Program-made: the position numbers and the translations under genes | The notes under the pieces: generated by a model | Seen by the model: only the letters and a program-made list of their open reading frames with translations | Told to the model about the DNA's origin: nothing | Database searches by the model: none | Assembly: GCA_002269645.1 (NCBI GenBank) | Contig: NIVC01000399.1 | Coordinates: 186,001-250,000, forward strand | Origin: Macrostomum lignano | Lineage: Eukaryota | Direction of reading: 5' to 3' | DNA length: 64,000 nt | Shown: piece after piece, positions 23,101-34,479 of the stretch | Layout of the letters: every line of letters begins with the position of its first letter | How positions within the stretch are numbered: the stretch's first letter is position 1

Positions 23101-26100
23101 TGATAAATGATGCGTCAAACTTGATGAATGATGCGTCAAACTTGATGACTGATGCATCAAACTTGATGACTGAGGCGTCAAACTTGATGACTGATGCATC
23201 AAAATTGATGACTGATGCGTCAAACTTGATGAGTGAGCCGTCATTCTTGATAAATGATGCGTCAAACTTGATAAATGATGCGTCAAACTTGATGAATGAT
23301 GCGTCAAACTTGATGAATGATGCGTCAAACTTGATGAATGATGTGGTCTATGTAGAAAAGGCCATAAAGCTCAGTCCAGAAGTAATACATATGTATATCA
23401 AAAGAGCTCATACGCCCAAATGAAGAACAAATCAACATCAAATGCCACTTGCAGAATTTCACCTATGCAATTAATTACTTTAATTACTTTTTGAAAGAAG
23501 CCAAAAAATCTGAAATGAAAATTTTTAATTAGGACCGCCTGAAACGGACAAGCAGATACTATAATGACAACAAAAAAATGATTAAATTGTGATCCTCAGA
23601 CTCTAACACTGAGTCTTTGCAAATCTGCAATCCCTTCAACGCAATTGCGTACAACAATAATCAATCGCTGATTACGACAGTTGCAATGCTTGAATTTCAG
23701 GTGCTGTACGGCATTATTAAAGAGGTGTCCTATTGGATCAAACTGCTCACGGATATTCTAGACTTGCTTGAAGGAATAATTCGAGCCATTGGAATCGGAG
23801 GCGAATCAATGCTGCAGGATTTGAACCACGCCAGAATCTATATTAGGGTGTTTACAGGTGAGTCTGCGTTATAATTAATTATCCGTGCCAATTAGCTGAT
23901 AATGTTAGAGCCAAAAAGGTAAAAACATAAAAAATAATATAGGCACGTGAACAGTTGGCAGATAGTTAACCTGCAATCAGGTGAAACACGCATCATAATT
24001 ATGGCTTGGCAGATAATTAACTTACAACCAGGTAAAACACGCATCACAATTATGGGTCGGCAGATAATTTTAACTTACAACCAGGAAAAACACGCATCAC
24101 AATTATGGGTTCGCAGATAATTTTAACTTACAACCAGGTAAAACACGCATCCTAATTATGGGTTGGCAGATAATTAACCTACAGCCAGGTAAAGCACTCA
24201 TCACAATTATGGGTTGGAAGATAATTAACCTACAGCCAGGTAAAACACGCATCACAATTATGGGTTGGCAGATAATTAACCTGCAGCCAGGTTAAATACG
24301 TATCACAATTATGGGTTGGCAGATAATTAACCTGCAGCCAGGTAAAACACGCATCACAATTATGGGTTGGCAGATAATTAACCTGCAGCCAGGTAAAACA
24401 CGTATCACAATTATGGGTTGGCAGATAATTAACCTACAGCCAGGTAAAACACGTATCACAATTATGGGTTGGCAGATAATTAACCTCCAACCAGGTAAAA
24501 CACGCATCGCAATTATGGGTTGGCAGATAATTAACCTGCAGCCAGGTAAAACACGTATCACAATTATGGGTTGGCAGATAATTAACCTCCAACCAGGTAA
24601 AACACGCATCGCAATTATGGGTTGGCAGATAATTAACCTCCAACCAGGTAAAACACGCATCGCAATTATGGGTTGGCAGATAATTAACATGTATGTAACT
24701 CGTGAAAGTACGGTATTCATCGTCAAGAGACGAGATGATTTCCTTCCCATTCTACCCTCTTAAGTTGACGCCTCCAGGTCCCCTTAATAATAATAAGGGC
24801 ATCCCTGGCGCTGCCACAGCCACTACTAAGGCAATACTGTACGCAGTCATACGCGCAGGCACACACTCACACAGGAGTGTACAGCGGCCCTAACTTTATA
24901 TATCGTTAGAAATGTACACTTCATTGTGCCTTGGGGGGTTGGCTCTCAATGCTCGTTAATTGCCCGAGCAAAGCCAAGCCGAGATTCCAATTCAGCCCCG
25001 AATTAATGCGACTGCACTTGAAATCGAGCCTGGGCCGCTGGCGCATGAGAGCTATATGGCCCCCAGTATGCTCTACTGCATCCAGACAACACAAAACTAC
25101 TGAATTCCAGGCACCTGTACTTCAACTGGGCCTACTTCATGTTCTATTTCAACGTGTTCTGGGGCCTGCTGACTGCCACACTGCGCTTGCTGAAATCGCT
25201 TGTCTTCAACGTTTGCTTCTTCAGTAGACTGGATTGGTGCCACTTTCCCAAGAGATTCCAAGTGTTTGACGAAGGTTTGTCAGCTTAATCAAATTACGCG
25301 TAATCAAAGGACGCGTATACAAATGATACATGATTTTTAATCAACCAACATCCACCTGACCAACAACGCACGCAAAAATACTGTGGCTGAATATCGTTTA
25401 GCTTACGACAAATGCACAATAATTATAGTTTATATAACGAAAAGCAACAACAAATACGCCAAAAGACACATCTGGAATACAGGTGCAAATCTATTTCTTA
25501 TACCTAAATATAAACGACTATCCTTAGAGTAGGTCAAAAACATTAAAATTGCAGCGAAAAACACAAAAACATTTGAACAACACACCACGCACCTGGAAGA
25601 CAAGTTCAGAGCATTGATTAACATTTGAACAACACACCACACACCTGGAAGACAAGTTCAGAGCATTGATTAACATTTGAACAACACACCACACACCTGG
25701 AAGACAAGTTCAGAGCATTGATTAACATTTGAACAACACACCACACACCTGGAAGACAAGTTCAGAGCATTGATTAACATTTGAACAACACACCACACAC
25801 CTGGAAGAGCACAAAATCTTGCTGAAAGACGGACCAGGTGCTGAATGCGATGCACAGTGCCTGAAACGCGCTATTAAACAGGTCATCCCTCGCCTCTCTC
25901 CCGCAGGCTACTTTGCTTACGTAGGCCTGCTCTACGTTGAGAATGCGCACACCAATCCGGTGATGCGCTCCTTCATCAACATAGTCCAAGAGGCTGTGCA
26001 CGGTAGGGAACGATTCGAGACGAATCCATTCTCCAAGCAGAAGCAGCGAAACAGAGGCAACGTTGCCATGGAGACGGCCGGCTTACAACTACAATCCGTG

Positions 26101-27167
26101 GCCGTACTACAAGATGCTAAACACCTGCACGCGCGTTCGCCATCGCAAGCGGAGCTGCTGGCGATGGATTCAGTCATCTCCGAGAGGCTGCAGAGGCAGA
26201 GCTCAAGTTAGTGAGATCCGATCGGGATATTTCAGAGCTTGATATTGGATAATTACTGCTTACTATCAATTACTATCTCAGTCAAGATGAATTTGGTCAA
26301 ATCCACGTTAACACTGTACGAGGCTAAACATAGCATACTACAAAGATAAGGGCTCCAACACCAAGATATAGGCTATACATGTACCACAATACAAAGATAA
26401 AGGCTACCACACATAAAGATTGAGACTAACTACACATAAAGATGGAGACTACCACACATAAAGATTGAGGCTACCACACATAAAGATTGAGGCTACCACA
26501 CATAAAGATTGAGGCTACCACACACAAAAATTGAGGCTACCACACATAGAAATTGAGGCTACCACACACAGAAATTGAGGCTACCACACATAAGAATTGA
26601 GGCTACCACACATAAAGATTGAGGCTACCACACAAATTGAGGCTATCCACCATACAAAGATGGTGCCTATCACACATACATGTAAAGATGGGGGCTACCA
26701 CACACAGAGGTGGAGGCTACCACAACACAAAATGAAGGCTACCAGACAACTATCACAATGTTACTACGCTCATAGAAAACTTCAAACTAGAAAATACAAA
26801 CCGATTACACCTACCTGTAAGCACTAGTACGCGAAAAACTTAAAAATAAATAACATAAAAACATTTTACGACATGAAGCAAAGAAGAGAAACCAGGCATT
26901 TGAAGACACTGCACGACACAAACTTCAAATTAAAAAAGTACACTATGTACATGTATCTTCTTTTTTCAACTTCCAGTGGCGCGCAAACGCTCTCGAACCC
27001 GCTGGTTCCTGGCGCTGACTCTGGCCAACAACCCGGGCCTAAGACAGCACAGGTCGCACTACATTGTCCAATTCAACGCTGCGCTGAAGCGCAAGTCCAC
27101 CCAGACTGTGCTAGAAGACCGAGCAGATGTCGAACGAGTCCAAGCGGCAGCGACAGCGGTAGTGTAA
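17187..27167 (+). CDS. STRA6: STRA6 / STRA6-like (RBPR2) family multipass membrane protein. Exons 17187-17222, 17856-18026, 19659-19744, 19964-20121, 20763-20935, 22419-22615, 22742-22874, 23701-23857, [missing], 25111-25274, 25907-26206, 26977-27167
   Basis: In-frame GT-AG joins. Family motifs [77 protein letters not shown] and [18 protein letters not shown] match STRA6/RBPR2 as I recall them. The first exon is tentative, and there is a phase mismatch between 23857 and 25111. The assignment is to the family, not to a specific paralog. Confidence 0.87.
17365..17775. repeat. 35-bp minisatellite (cattcttactggcattgtctgtcacattctgccca)
   Basis: Direct tandem copies; intronic. Confidence 0.95.
18345..18560. 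repeat. 18-bp purine-rich tandem repeat (gagacggagggtgagagt)
   Basis: Direct tandem copies; intronic. Confidence 0.92.
19400..19540. repeat. Tandem repeat (gtgacagagacaga)n
   Basis: Direct tandem copies. Confidence 0.9.
20170..20730. repeat. 60-bp minisatellite, intronic
   Basis: Unit ccaataagagacgataggagggtaagagaatggtggaggagtcgggcaaggcctcgacag. Confidence 0.95.
21420..22300. repeat. 19-bp minisatellite (ccacctcactcattgatat)
   Basis: Direct tandem copies; intronic. Confidence 0.96.
22960..23345. repeat. 21-bp minisatellite (gtcaaacttgatgactgatgc) with a 168-bp higher-order duplication
   Basis: An 8-monomer block occurs twice; intronic, after the donor at 22875. Confidence 0.93.
23955..24690. 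repeat. 51-bp minisatellite, intronic
   Basis: Unit ggttggcagataattaacctgcagccaggtaaaacacgcatcacaattatg. Confidence 0.95.
24784..25063 (-). mobile_element. tRNA-derived SINE, family 1, copy B
   Basis: B-box-like GGCTCGATTTC at 25020-25030, body similar to 1040-1245, and a (TTA)n-type tail at 24784-24796. Confidence 0.6.
25570..25810. repeat. 52-bp tandem repeat, intronic
   Basis: Unit acatttgaacaacacaccacacacctggaagacaagttcagagcattgatta. Confidence 0.92.
26390..26730. repeat. 22-bp minisatellite (gattgaggctaccacacataaa)
   Basis: Direct tandem copies, degenerating rightwards. Confidence 0.9.
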
Positions 27168-27694
27168 TGACTTTGGAAACACCCCACACCCAGATAAGTG
27201 AGGTGTACATGTTTCAACAAGATTAACCACACTCAGCAGTGAATGCACCCAAGGACCACCCAAGTATAGCAGGACGTAAAACTTGAAGATCGTATATAAA
27301 CATTTTGGAGACCATGCAATTTTCAGGGAAAAAATACACTGCGGAGATAGTAAAAAATCTAATTTGTATGCAAACTAAAGTTCTATGCACTAACTGTGTG
27401 TATGTATGTAGTATGTAACTAACACGCATTGAAATTAATGAAAAATAATTTAATATGAAAATGAAACTTTAACTACTACTTTCACTACTACTACAACAGA
27501 GTAGTATGTTGTGCAGTGCATGCTAAATTAAAAGAATACATGGTAATCAAGTACACTGGCCCCAGATAAAATGCAATCAAATTATTTCTTCCATCTCTGT
27601 AGTGTATTTTTTCAGTAAATTAGCCTTAAAATCCACGATCTTGGAGTTTTGTTTCGATCCTATTTATATAGTGGTCCTTGAATCCACCATGGGC

Positions 27695-28245
27695 CAAGGA
27701 CAACTTAAGTAGAAGGACGCAACACTCGAAATCTGTGGTAAATGTTTTGAAGGCCACTTTTCGCCGAAAAATACATACAGAAATAGGTTTTAATTTCATG
27801 TTAAATTGGTCTTGTCATTATTTTAAACGTTTTTTTCAAGTTACCAGTTTAACATGAAAAATCGATTAATGCGTCGTTAGAGCAGCGTGTGAGGCACAAA
27901 ATAGTGTGATTAGGACTTTCTCTGACACTGTTAAGAGACGCAATCACTGTTTTAGTGTTGAAAATCGTGAAATTCCTATCTCCGTAGTGTATTTGTCCGG
28001 TGAACCTGCCTTTAAAACTATTTCTGAACGAAAAGCTTTATGAATATCGATAGAGCAATTAGAAAGGCACAACATATCAAAAGATGAGCACTGAATCTGC
28101 CTCCTATCAAAAGCAATAACACTTTTTGTGCTGAAAAAATTAAAACCTATCTCTGTATGCATTGTTTGGCGAAAAGTTGCCTTCAAAACATTTACCACAG
28201 ATTTCGAGTGTAGCGTCCATATAGATGTTACTTGAGTAGTCCTTG
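27695..28245. mobile_element. MITE with ~110-bp terminal inverted arms (551 bp)
   Basis: Termini CAAGGACAAC / GTAGTCCTTG; long arms (cactcgaaatctgtggtaaatgttttgaaggc and its reverse complement); near-perfect 8-bp TSD CCATGGGC / CCATGGAC. Confidence 0.75.
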
Positions 28246-29129
28246 CCATGGACATGCATGTGTATAATTATTTCGAATTCAAAGTCCAGGTAAGATTAAT
28301 GTAATTTTTTTAGCAAATGCGCAATGCTGATTATTCCGCTGAAATTTCTCATTTTTCTTGCAATACGCGTATTAGCTACTAACTTAACAGTAGTCGCTCT
28401 GTGGCACATTTGTTATTTCTGCATATTTCACGAAAACACAAGCGATAAGCGTAATTCCATTACCTATTACAGTAGTATTTTTTGTCAATTTTTCATTATA
28501 CTACTTACTAATCTAAAACTAAAGAAGGAAATGACACTTTCTAAATTCGAGTACAGGCCGTTTCATGCATGCCAAACTACTGCTTCACATCAGAGAAGTA
28601 GTGCGTAACGCAAATGTAACCCCAAAGACTCAAATTTTTTTATTTGTAATTTCTACAGAATATAAGGCCGTTTCGCGATGATATTTTTGTCTACAAAGTT
28701 TGTATGGTAAATATACAGTACAAAGAAATAACAATTGTTTACTTGTGCTATTAAAATCTATTCATACATTTAAAACTGAATAAATGCCGAAAATTCACTG
28801 AAATCAATTGCCAAAAATAAATTTGAGACACCAACTACTGAAAGGCATATATTTTGCATTTCACAATTAAACATTAATCAATTTTTCCTTTTCCTCCGAT
28901 TAAAGCCTGGCAGCTTTGTTTCATTATTTATTTATTACATTTGAGAAAACAGAATGGCAATAAATACAATGAATTGTGAGGCGAATCGCTGAACAAAATA
29001 TAATGCTGTCATCATCATAAAAATATTTCACCAACAAATTTTCAAACCATTATTAAACCGGTCTGAAATTATTTAGTAACCATTTTTTATTCAAATGAAA
29101 AGGACGCTTTTTATTTTAAAGAACAAACA

Positions 29130-29400
29130 TTGGGCCCATAGCAACCATTGTCGAGATCTTAGCAACCGATATTTAGTCATATTTCGCACAGTTAGATTTG
29201 CGTCCATAGCAACCAATTATGAATGATTGGCAACGTGTCTGCACCCCTAGATTAGCGACCATAGCAACCGATTTAGGATCATTGGCAACGTGTCTGCACC
29301 TCTAGATTAGCGTCCTTAACAACCGATTTTGACAATCATTGAAAATATTTTCACAACCCTAGCAGAGCGTTTCTGATCTTAGCAACCAGATTTTGACTCC
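29130..29400. repeat. Degenerate repeat built on a (gcgtcc)atagcaacc core, 3' of SRFBP1
   Basis: Multiple tagcaacc / tggcaacg motifs. Confidence 0.65.
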
Positions 29401-29472
29401 CACTAACAAGCCAAGACTTGTTTTGCAAAAAAATGGAGTTAGAAAGAATTTCATTCTCAGCGCTTGGCGTCC

Positions 29473-30870
29473 TCAATCGTCATCGAAGACAACGTGGGCT
29501 GGAGCTGCCGCCGCGACTGCAGCCAATCGAGCCTTCTGCTGCCGCTTGGCCTGCCAAGATGGATGAAGCTGCTCAGCCTCCACTGCGGCCTGCTTAACTC
29601 GCCTCTCCTGCGCTTGAACGTCGCGGCGTCGCTTACGCGATTGTCGTTCGCCGTGTCGTGGCGCAATCGACAAGTCCTGACCGTCCGTCGTGATGCGCCG
29701 ATTCCGATGCAGTCCACGCTTCATTTCCGTCGGCGGCACGTCTGTAGCGAACAAATCCGACCAGCCGTCGTCGTTTTGTGCGTCGTTGTCGCTTCCATTA
29801 TCAAGAGCGTTGTCGCTTGTGTTAAAAACATTCGTCTTTGCTTTCTTAACTTTTATTAAGGACTTTGATACTTTGGCAACCGATTTTGCGTCCTTAGCGA
29901 CCGGATTTGTTTTCTTAGCAACTGCCTTAGCGTCCTTTGTAGTTGTCTGCGAGTCCTTAGCTACAGAAGTTGCGTCCTTAGCAACCGAATTTGCGTCTTT
30001 AGATACTGCTTTTGCGTCCTTACTAACTGACTTTGGGGCCTTACTAACTGACTTGGCTTCTTTCGCAACTGGCTTAGCGGACTCAACAGGAACCGCGAAA
30101 TCGGCTCCCATGGCTACGCCAAGACTTCGCTCGCCAGCTGTCTCCTTGCGAAACTCGAGCAGCACAGATTCAAGCCGACGTCTGCGTTCAGCTTCTTCTA
30201 CATCTTGACCATCCTCGTCAGCATCTCCATCATTATCATCTACGCTATCCTCATCTGGACCAGCTCTAGAGGCGATATCATTAACAGACTTTGCTAACAG
30301 TTCGTTAGGCGCCCTGGGCTTTATCGGTTGTTTCTTTTTCCATCGGCCGCCGGTGTTTTTATACTGCATAAAATAGACCAAATCGCGCCAATCTGAGTGA
30401 TTCGATCGGAAATTATCAACGAATTGGCGAATAGGTTTTGTGTCAGCTAGGCGAGCCAAGGCCAGCTGTTCCATTGTCAGACAGCCAGGCGCCGCTGCCA
30501 GGGCATCTGATAGGGGAGTCTCGTGTCCTAGCAGAGCTTTGCACAGACTCTGCTGAGTCCAACGACGAATTAGGCGAACCTGAGCTAATAGCCGGTCGGC
30601 GCGAACAGCATTTCTAGCTACCTCAGCCTCTGAGCCGCGTTTCTTCCTCAGTCGCTTCATTCGTCGAAGCATGTCGCGACTAAACTGTACTAAACCGGCC
30701 CTGAGCGGCTTGCGCATCTGCACTAACAGATTATTCAATGCCGCTGGTTGCATTGAAGGTTCAGTTATGGAGAATAGAGATCTTGCAGCCGTGTCTGTTT
30801 GTACTGCTGAGGGCATTGTAACTAAGCTAGTAGAAGTGCCTAACTGCTGTTCAGATTGCTCACTGTCCAT
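29473..30870 (-). CDS. SRFBP1: Serum response factor-binding protein 1 / BUD22 family, single coding exon, 465 aa
   Basis: N-terminal LNNLLVQMRK..RLRKKRGSE..RADRLL and C-terminal LHPSWQAKR..VFDDD match SRFBP1/BUD22 as I recall them (LNNEVVKMRK, LHPSWEASR..ITFDD). Central low-complexity (A/S)KDAKSV repeats. Confidence 0.88.
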   Translation of the reverse strand: MDSEQSEQQLGTSTSLVTMPSAVQTDTAARSLFSITEPSMQPAALNNLLVQMRKPLRAGLVQFSRDMLRRMKRLRKKRGSEAEVARNAVRADRLLAQVRLIRRWTQQSLCKALLGHETPLSDALAAAPGCLTMEQLALARLADTKPIRQFVDNFRSNHSDWRDLVYFMQYKNTGGRWKKKQPIKPRAPNELLAKSVNDIASRAGPDEDSVDDNDGDADEDGQDVEEAERRRRLESVLLEFRKETAGERSLGVAMGADFAVPVESAKPVAKEAKSVSKAPKSVSKDAKAVSKDANSVAKDATSVAKDSQTTTKDAKAVAKKTNPVAKDAKSVAKVSKSLIKVKKAKTNVFNTSDNALDNGSDNDAQNDDGWSDLFATDVPPTEMKRGLHRNRRITTDGQDLSIAPRHGERQSRKRRRDVQAQERRVKQAAVEAEQLHPSWQAKRQQKARLAAVAAAAPAHVVFDDD

Positions 30871-30949
30871 GTTGGGCTGTGTGACAGGACTCTGGAAGGT
30901 TCATAAAGTACAGCTTTCTGGGTATTATTGAATTTCTATGCATGCATTT

Positions 30950-32480
30950 CTATACTAATATAAGTACATTTATACGTAAGTTCTAAGATCGTTTATATTT
31001 AGATTAAAAATATGTATGTATTTTGTAATTATTTACCTAGCAAAAGTTATCATAGCATAGTATGGTATAATAATATTGGAATTCTTAAATGTAAGGTATA
31101 CAAATACTTTTTGATTTCCAGATTTTATTAATCTTTTGCCAGACTAATTGACTGAGGGCCTACTTAATATAAGAAAATATAAACAACTATAAAAATTACC
31201 TTTAGTATTACAACTACAACTATAACTATAAAAACTACAGCTATAAAAACTACAAAACTTTTTACTTCTACAAAAACTATAACAATATGTGTATAGTTAG
31301 TTCAAGAAGTCATAAATTGTATTTTTTAAACAATCAATCATTACTTATATCATTCTTATATATTTTGCATTGGCCTAGTTAAAGTGTGACAAGCCCTATC
31401 TATAGATTTAGCCTTTTAATGGGCTCTGTTCTAAGAGGGGATAAAAGCAATCTTGTAATCTTACACATTTAATTTTCTTTTTGAATAATTGAGATTTTAG
31501 ATTCAATAGATTAAAAATGACATGAGGTGAGCAAACTTTTTTAATAAGAATAGTTTTGGTGCATAGTGTAATCAAAATTTTTTGATAGGATTCATTCTAG
31601 TATAGGCATGCCATGATCCTGACTAGGCTTATGGGGCTTACCAATAATTTTTTTAAAATATAATCCTTTTAATACAATTTTATTGTTAGTATGCTTTCAA
31701 TTTGAAACCAATAAGCTCTTTTAGTTTTGTCTTACGATCAAAACATATAATTTTGTGGCAATTATCAAGTTCCATTTGTTAAATTATTTTGACTCCAGAA
31801 AAGTAATCCACAAACTATTTTAAGTACAAATAAATATATTTACAGCTACAATAAAGCTAAAATAGTCTATGGACTCTATGGCCAAAAACGTTAACAAATT
31901 AAATAAGTCTTAACAGAAACAAATAAAAAGTATTATTGTCTATGGTCTAATTGCCAACAAACAGCAAAAGCTTTACATACTATAATAGAAGTAAATCTAT
32001 AATAGGATATTCCTAAATAGTTTCACTGGGTTGGGTTTAGTTGATGCAAGAATTCCTCTAAGTTTCAAATAGGGCTTGTAAAGTTCCATGCTAATGCTGC
32101 AATGCATGGCGTGCAACATAGCCTTGCTAAATTTAGGACTTTTAGTTATTTATTATTAATCAATTTGTTGAAGATCACTGATGTTTTGACTTTAGACTAT
32201 AGAATCTTTTTTTCAAGTTAAAAAATGTTCAAATGTTCTAGCCATAGACTATTACAGCTTTCCAATGTTAGAGGCTTACATTATAACAAGTTTTGAAACA
32301 TCAAATTAGTGCTTAGGGTCTAATCAGGCTAAAAACTCTTAAAAAATTTATTTGTACTTAAAATACTTTTCTGGAGCCAAAATAATTTAATAAATAAAAT
32401 TTGACAATTACCAATTTTACTATTTTTCCTTTCCTTATATCCTAAAAATGAGTTGTCTATGGTAGGTAGGTGTGCAATAG
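30950..32480. other. AT-rich, CpG-eroded block upstream of the SRFBP1 start codon
   Basis: CpG almost absent. Contains decayed inverted arms at about 31780-31840 and 32340-32395. Confidence 0.7.
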
Positions 32481-33039
32481 ATTTCAGAAAAAAATGGCTC
32501 AACTGATTTTCTTCAAACTTGCACCATTTGATCAGAAATTTTCCTAGGATGGTACATGCATCTTGGCTAAGAAATTGCTCAATTTTAAAAGGATTTAATA
32601 TTCAAAAAACATGCTTTTTTGCAAAGGTCAAGCAGAAATTTTGACCTGAAATGCATTGTAAGAATGCTAGAAAAAACACTGACTGACTGAATTTTGATTG
32701 TGATAAAGATTGCATCACAAGTTGAAAACAGTGTTGAAGAAATGCACACCCGACTTGATTGAAATTGTGTAGCCATATTGCTAACTTAAATTGGGACTGA
32801 TACTGGCTGACTGCGAAATTGATTATATTATAACTTTTTACTCTAACCAACTTGCTGTAAGAATTGAATTATAGGGCCACAATTCACATTCTCCAATTAA
32901 AAAGAGATAGCCCAGATGCGAATAGACTAGAATGCTAATGTAGCAACCTGGGTTCAAATCTTAGTAGTGCAAAAATTTTTTTATTCAAACACATTAAAAA
33001 CACAAAATGCTAAACATAAAAGAAGCGCAATGTTAAACA

Positions 33040-33253
33040 TAGAAAACAACCATGTTGAACATTAAAGAGCCACCATATCGAACATTAAAGAGCCACCATG
33101 TCAAACATCAAAGAGCCACCATGTCAAACATTAAAAAGCTACTTTGTCAAACATACAAGTAGAAGAGCCACCATGTCAAACATAGAAGAGCCACCATGTT
33201 AGACATTGAAGAGCCACCATATCAAACATAAAAGAGTTACCATGTAGAACATA
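33040..33253. repeat. ~23-bp minisatellite (gagccaccatgtcaaacattaaa), split by the mariner; resumes at 35806-35860
   Basis: The same unit lies on both sides of the transposon. Confidence 0.8.
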
Positions 33254-34479
33254 CTCAGGGTGCTGCAAAAGTTTCCGGACTGGAGTTCCTGACATGGCAC
33301 TTTTTATCAGAGCTGAGTGACATTTGACCCATTGAAACATTAGCCTAGGATGAATGTTGTGTTAAAATTTCAAGCATGTCCATGAACCACAGTGGGCGCT
33401 AGAGCCATAATAAGTTTTATTTTCTCAACTAGCATTTACAATTTCTCACCAAACTAGCGACAAAAAGGAAAAGATGAAAAAATCCTCCACATGCAGAGGT
33501 GACTAGCAAAAGTTTCCGGAGTTTGCCACGGGATATTAATAAACTAGTATCCCTAATTTATTTATTTTATGGATGAACCTCTAACTGAACAAACTGAACA
33601 GCAACTACAGAATCAGCAAAACAAACAAAACAAACAACTGTGGCATCAGTGTCTCGAGCAAAATCAATTGCTTCTGCACCATTAATCGCTCTCACTCTTG
33701 CTGTTCTCTTCTGAGGAATCAACCGGCTTGGGACTTGCACGCTCCACATATTCTCCATCCAAGGCAATGCACTTCCGATATCGTTCGATCAGCTTGTCGA
33801 AGCCTGTCTACCAGAACTTGGCATTGAACTGTTGCAACGATGCATTGGTGGCATCGATGACTTCCTGCCGAGTTGTGAAGACCTTGCCACGCATTGGCAT
33901 CTTCATCAGACCAAACAGGTAGAAATCGGCAATGGCGAGGTCGGGACTGTAAGCCGGGTGGTTTAGCCGACGGAAGCCAAGCTCTTCCACCTTGGCACAA
34001 GTGCAAGCAAAAGCATGCGGACGCGCATTGTCCCAGAGAATAAAAGGCCTCTGATGCGACGCTTGGACAGAACGGCAGTGCGCAGAAGATTAAGCTGGTT
34101 CATGATGTAGTCGGCGTTGATCGTCTGACCCTGCGGCAGATAGTCAACAAGCAGCACACCTTGTGCATCGAACCACACAGTGCACATGATGTTCTGCGTC
34201 CACGCCGATTTCATTGCCTTCGTGTGCATATGACGTCCCCTGGGGCCCCATTGCATCGACTGCTGTTTTGTCAGTGGGTTGAACATGGGCAGCGGTGTCT
34301 CATCCATTGTGATGACCAGTTCCTTGAACTTATCATCACCGAGTTCGTTCCACACTGCCCAGTTCTCCGTAGCACATTGCATGCATGCTTGCTTATGCTC
34401 AGCCATCAGTTCGCGTGGCACCCACTTGGCACAAATCTTCGACCAGTTGATGCACTGCAGAATGCGACACACGGATGAG

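Noticed and set aside
17320-24763. ORFs at 17320-17863, 18144-18758, 20158-20733, 22948-23423 and 24292-24763
   Set aside because: Open frames generated by tandem repeats inside STRA6-like introns; real exons end at consensus donors before them.
29690-30208. 172-aa plus-strand ORF (also 58589-58900 and 62079-62402)
   Set aside because: Antisense shadows of SRFBP1, NF-YB and SEC24 with no independent signals.
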